Part shown: piece by piece, positions 60,363 through 64,000 of the stretch
How positions within the stretch are numbered: the first letter of the stretch is position 1
Layout: each line of letters begins with the position of its first letter
Source: Candidatus Poseidoniaceae archaeon
GTDB taxonomy: Archaea > Thermoplasmatota > Poseidoniia > Poseidoniales > Poseidoniaceae
Direction: 5' to 3'
DNA length: 64,000 nt
Assembly: GCA_038125145.1 (NCBI GenBank)
Contig: JAYPDK010000001.1
Span: 4,368 to 68,367, forward strand
Position numbers and translations under genes: made by a program
The notes under the pieces: model-generated
Database searches by the model: none
What the model was told of the DNA's origin: nothing
Seen by the model: only the letters and a program-made list of their open reading frames with translations

Positions 60363-62135
60363 ATGGCTCGCATCCACCTTCATGCCGACGCCACGGAGGC
60401 ACCCTCCCGCCGACTTCGAGCAACCACCGAGGTTCACGGGCCGTTCTCAAGCGGCCGGGTTGACCTTTCCTTTCCTCGATGGGTACCGGGCTCCTACATG
60501 CTTCGTGAGCAGGTGCAGTACGTGGACAACATCGCTGCACACGACGACAACGGCGTTCCGCTGAAGGTCGTTCGCCCGGACCCACATTCCCTTCGCATTC
60601 GCGTGCCTGAAGGAGCCTCCTCCGTGCGTGTGGACTACGAAGTGCTCGGCATGGAGATGAGCGTCCGCTCCACCCACCTCGATGCATCGCACCTTCACCT
60701 CATGCCCCCCTTCACGTGGTACCTTCCTGATGGCAAGCACGTCTGGGAGACCGGTGCAGAGGTGCACCTCCGCATTCCCGAATCCTGGACCCCGCACACG
60801 CAGCTTCGCAGCGTCGAAGGAACGCAAGGAATGCATCGCTTTGTGGCCGAGGACCGGGACGCGCTGCTTGACGGCATCATCGAAGCAAACGACGGCCCTG
60901 TCCGCCGTTTTGACGTGGACGGGAGGCCACACGTGCTGACCGTCTGGGACAGCGGGGGGCTGCCTGTGAACGAAGGACGACTGGACGCCTTTGTCCGTGA
61001 TGCGACCCTGATCGCCAAGGAGCACCATGCCCTGTTCGGGGTTCCAACCTTCGATCCCTACGTCATCGTCCTGCAGTTGACCGATGGAGCGCGAGGGGGC
61101 CTTGAACACACCGGGTCACAAACCTCGATGATGCCAAGGTCGTGCCTGACACCCGGTGAAAAAGCAGGGTACAGGGACCTCCTCAGCCTCTTCAGCCACG
61201 AATACGTGCACCAATGGAACGTGAAACGCCTCCGGCCGAAAGCCTTCCTTGAGTACGACCTCTCACGCGAAGTACCAACCGACCTTTTGTGGTGGTTTGA
61301 AGGCGGTACCTCGTGGATCGGGGACCTCGTCTGCCTGCGTTCAGGGGCATGGACCGAACAAGACTGGAAGGACGAATTTGCCCTGAAACTTGCACGGCAT
61401 CGACCACGGAACGGATGTGCTCATGAATCCCTGGCCGAATCCAGCGAAACCGCATGGATTCACCTGTACCGAGGCAACGCGTTCACGAGCGAACGACGCA
61501 TCAGTTACTACCTGCAAGGCGAACTGGCCATGATGGCCCTCGACGTTGAACTGCGCCGACGCAGCCGAGGGACGCACGGCCTTGACGACGTGATGGCCAC
61601 CGCGGTGCGGCTTCACGCCCGTGACGGTTCCGAACCAGGCGTTGACCACCGGAGGCTCCGGTCCTTGCTTACCTCCACGCCCGGCGGAAGGCGCCTTGGT
61701 ACCACCATGGACCGGCTGATGACCGAGCGTGCCCCCCCACCCGTGGAGGCGATGCTCGCGTCGCTCGGTTTGGTGCTCGAGGTGAAAGAAGCCAACGACG
61801 ACGAACATGGAGGGTGGCTGGGCATCGCACTGCGCACCGACGGCACAAGCATCCGTGTCGCTTCGCATCATGACGGCTCCCCGCTGCGCGACGTCGTGCA
61901 ACCAGGCGACGAACTCATCGCGGTGGACGGTCAACGGATCACGGCCAGCGACGACCTTCGACGAGCCCTCGCCGGCCGTGGTGGTTCGACCGTGGAGGTG
62001 CTCTATAGCCACGAGGGCGCGGTCGCATCCGCCAACGTCACGCTTGGGCTCGCCTCCCAGCATGCCCCGGTGGTGATCGGGGGCCGTGGCAACAGCCTGT
62101 GGCGTCGCATCACGGCCAGCCGGCAGGATGCCTGA
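60363..62135 (+). CDS. M61 glycyl aminopeptidase family protein with PDZ domain
   Basis: PRWVPGSY, GGLEH, SHEYVHQWNVKRLRP, LWWFEGGTS, ISYY; C-terminal PDZ GDELIAVDG. Confidence 0.92.
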   Translation: MARIHLHADATEAPSRRLRATTEVHGPFSSGRVDLSFPRWVPGSYMLREQVQYVDNIAAHDDNGVPLKVVRPDPHSLRIRVPEGASSVRVDYEVLGMEMSVRSTHLDASHLHLMPPFTWYLPDGKHVWETGAEVHLRIPESWTPHTQLRSVEGTQGMHRFVAEDRDALLDGIIEANDGPVRRFDVDGRPHVLTVWDSGGLPVNEGRLDAFVRDATLIAKEHHALFGVPTFDPYVIVLQLTDGARGGLEHTGSQTSMMPRSCLTPGEKAGYRDLLSLFSHEYVHQWNVKRLRPKAFLEYDLSREVPTDLLWWFEGGTSWIGDLVCLRSGAWTEQDWKDEFALKLARHRPRNGCAHESLAESSETAWIHLYRGNAFTSERRISYYLQGELAMMALDVELRRRSRGTHGLDDVMATAVRLHARDGSEPGVDHRRLRSLLTSTPGGRRLGTTMDRLMTERAPPPVEAMLASLGLVLEVKEANDDEHGGWLGIALRTDGTSIRVASHHDGSPLRDVVQPGDELIAVDGQRITASDDLRRALAGRGGSTVEVLYSHEGAVASANVTLGLASQHAPVVIGGRGNSLWRRITASRQDA

Positions 62136-62514
62136 GCCAATCGAGGGGGACATCGCACGCCACGTCCAGCGGGCTGAGGTCATGCATCGTGCTCCGAGGC
62201 GCCATCAGCACTCCGGAAAGCGCCGCCTCCACCACCGTCGCCGGGTCGATGGGAACGGAGGTGGAACGCCAGACGACGGGCACCTTCGCAGCCTCAACGA
62301 CAACGACCGGCACCCGGAGCAAGCCCAGGCGATGCGCCACAGCCAGGCGATGATGGCCGTCAAGCACGACGCCGTGCTCGTGTTCGACGACGATTCGTCG
62401 ACGCACCCTGCCCCAACGCACGTGGATGTGAAGGGAATCCCGAACCTTCCGTTCCTTGACCCGCTCATGCGGGCGAAGGGCGGTCAGCGGCAGCAGGGTC
62501 GCGCCAATCTGCAC
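62110..62514 (-). CDS. Small stand-alone ParB/Srx-superfamily protein (SerK/SbnI-like motifs)
   Basis: LRPHE, VVLDGHHRL, C-terminal GVLMAPRSTMH. Confidence 0.7.
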   Translation of the reverse strand: MQIGATLLPLTALRPHERVKERKVRDSLHIHVRWGRVRRRIVVEHEHGVVLDGHHRLAVAHRLGLLRVPVVVVEAAKVPVVWRSTSVPIDPATVVEAALSGVLMAPRSTMHDLSPLDVACDVPLDWLRHPAGWP

Positions 62515-62584
62515 GTCACGACCCCAAACCGCTGCGATAAGGATATGTCGCGCTCAAGGGGCAGTCGCATCGAGGGAGGAGGGC

Positions 62585-63901
62585 ATGGAGGACGCCGCTT
62601 CGCTTCCGGCACCGCTGGAAGCATGGCTGGACGCCTTGTTGCGGGACCCTGACGACCTTCGCGACGTCCTGAACCGGTTGGACGGCATCGGGTGCCGGGC
62701 ATGGCTGGTTGGAGGCTGCGTTCGCGACGCGCTCAGCCACCAACCCGTGTACGACGTCGACCTCGCGGTTGACCTCGAGCCGGCCGACCTGCTGGCTGCC
62801 TTTGGCGATCGCGCCAAAGCCACCGGGGCCGAATTCGGAACCGTGACGTTGTTGGCTGCGAATGGAACACCGTTCCAGGCCACGACGCTGCGCATCGACG
62901 GGACGTACGTTGACGGTCGCCGGCCCGCGTCGGTTGAACTAACCACAGACCTCGCCAAGGACGTGGCACGTCGGGACCTGACGATCAACGCCATGGCCGT
63001 GGACCCCGCACGCCGCTGCCTCATCGACCTTCATGGCGGTCAGCGTGACCTCAACGATGGGGTGCTGCGGGCGGTAGGACGAGCGAGCGAGCGCCTGCAC
63101 GAGGATGCCTTGCGCATCATGCGCGTGTACAGATTCGCGGCTCAGGCGAGGGCGGAAGGCGACCCATGGAGGATCGAAGCCTCGTTGCGCAGCGCGTTGG
63201 CTGCCACGTCAGACCGCCTTTCCATGGTCGCCATGGAACGTGTGTGGCACGAACTGCAGCGTCTGCTCCGAGGCGACCATGCTCCGCGGGTGATGTGGAT
63301 GATGCATGAGGACGGTGTGCTCGACACGGTGCTCCCGGACGCGAACCTCTCCACGTCGGGTTTCGCCCATTTCCCGCGCCCTCGGGAGGGCACGGAAACC
63401 GGAGACGACGGGGACCGCGTCGATGGGCGCCTCGCACTGCTGCTGTCCGACCTGGACGGCGCTGGGGTCATCGCCTGCTTGCGCAGGCTGACCGCCCCGC
63501 GGAAGGTCATCGAGCGTGTGGCGCGGCTGCACCGCTCGCTGGCCCAGCCACCCCCAACAACGCCAGCAGAAGTGCGACTCCTCCACCACAGATGGAAGAT
63601 GGACCTCCCGCTGCACGTCAACACAGCGCTTGCCCATGACCTCGCCCTCGGGGGAACGGCGTGGGGAGGTGCCGTCGACCTGATCGAGGCGACCTCCCCC
63701 GCGCGGATGGAAGAGGCCCTGCTTGATGGCCACACCATCATGGCCCACACCGGCCTGTCCAAAGGAGAGCGACTCGGTCGACTGAAGACGTGGTTGCACC
63801 GCATCCAACTCGAGGCGGACGTGGTGGACGAGGGCGTGATGCTTGGACACCTTGGGCGCCTCCCGTGGAACGGCCCAGTCGACTCGTGGCCGAGGCTCTG
63901 A
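62585..63901 (+). CDS. cca: Class II (bacterial-type) tRNA nucleotidyltransferase / CCA-adding enzyme
   Basis: WLVGGCVRD, DVDLA, TTLRIDGTYVDGRRP, RRDLTINAMA, EDALRIMR, ERVWHEL. Confidence 0.88.
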   Translation: MEDAASLPAPLEAWLDALLRDPDDLRDVLNRLDGIGCRAWLVGGCVRDALSHQPVYDVDLAVDLEPADLLAAFGDRAKATGAEFGTVTLLAANGTPFQATTLRIDGTYVDGRRPASVELTTDLAKDVARRDLTINAMAVDPARRCLIDLHGGQRDLNDGVLRAVGRASERLHEDALRIMRVYRFAAQARAEGDPWRIEASLRSALAATSDRLSMVAMERVWHELQRLLRGDHAPRVMWMMHEDGVLDTVLPDANLSTSGFAHFPRPREGTETGDDGDRVDGRLALLLSDLDGAGVIACLRRLTAPRKVIERVARLHRSLAQPPPTTPAEVRLLHHRWKMDLPLHVNTALAHDLALGGTAWGGAVDLIEATSPARMEEALLDGHTIMAHTGLSKGERLGRLKTWLHRIQLEADVVDEGVMLGHLGRLPWNGPVDSWPRL

Positions 63902-63947
63902 GCCGCAACGGCCACATGTTCAAATCGAGGCATCGTTTTGGCACGTC

Positions 63948-64000
63948 ATGAGCAACATCCTCGTCGAGGTTGCCCGCAAGGAAGCGCGACGGAGGCTGGA
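63948..64000 (+). CDS. Start of a gene truncated by the window edge (MSNILVEVARKEARRRL...)
   Basis: ATG at 63948, open to the edge, GTTCAA element 24 nt upstream. Confidence 0.45.
   Translation, partial: MSNILVEVARKEARRRL

Noticed and set aside
62110..62514. Chromosome partition (parABS) system
   Set aside because: No ParA, no HTH domain and no parS-like palindromes nearby.

Overview
A GC-rich, gene-dense archaeal chromosome segment. Archaeal informational genes (rpl37e, rpl44e, rps27e, aIF2-alpha, nop10, ABCE1, rpl10e, RPA, Hel308, Cgi121, archaeal pilin, GGPP synthase and geranylgeranyl reductase) sit beside bacterial-type genes (gyrAB, mutS/mutL, E. coli-type purF, class II CCA enzyme) and several peptidases. 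This mix best fits Marine Group II Thermoplasmatota (Poseidoniales); that assignment is an inference. The window holds about 57 CDS and one tRNA-Ser(CGA). I saw no CRISPR array, integrase or transposase. The strongest candidate for an undescribed system is a tandem paralogous pair of Cas4/AddB-like PD-(D/E)XK nucleases, each fused to C-terminal RPA-like OB folds, with no helicase or cas genes next to them (6288-9869). The second is a same-strand block of uORF, RPA1, RPA2, a small phage-tail-like protein and a miniaturised TadB/TadC/TadA, facing a triple-SAP-domain protein (24549-32221). Other oddities: a dTMP kinase-wHTH fusion, a membrane-anchored Smr-like protein, a degenerate HemC, a PIP-box-bearing bacterial MutS, a zinc-free L44e, nop10 without a canonical start codon, and a recurrent GGTTCAA-type promoter element about 24-26 nt upstream of start codons. 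All family calls come from motif recognition by eye; no database searches were run.
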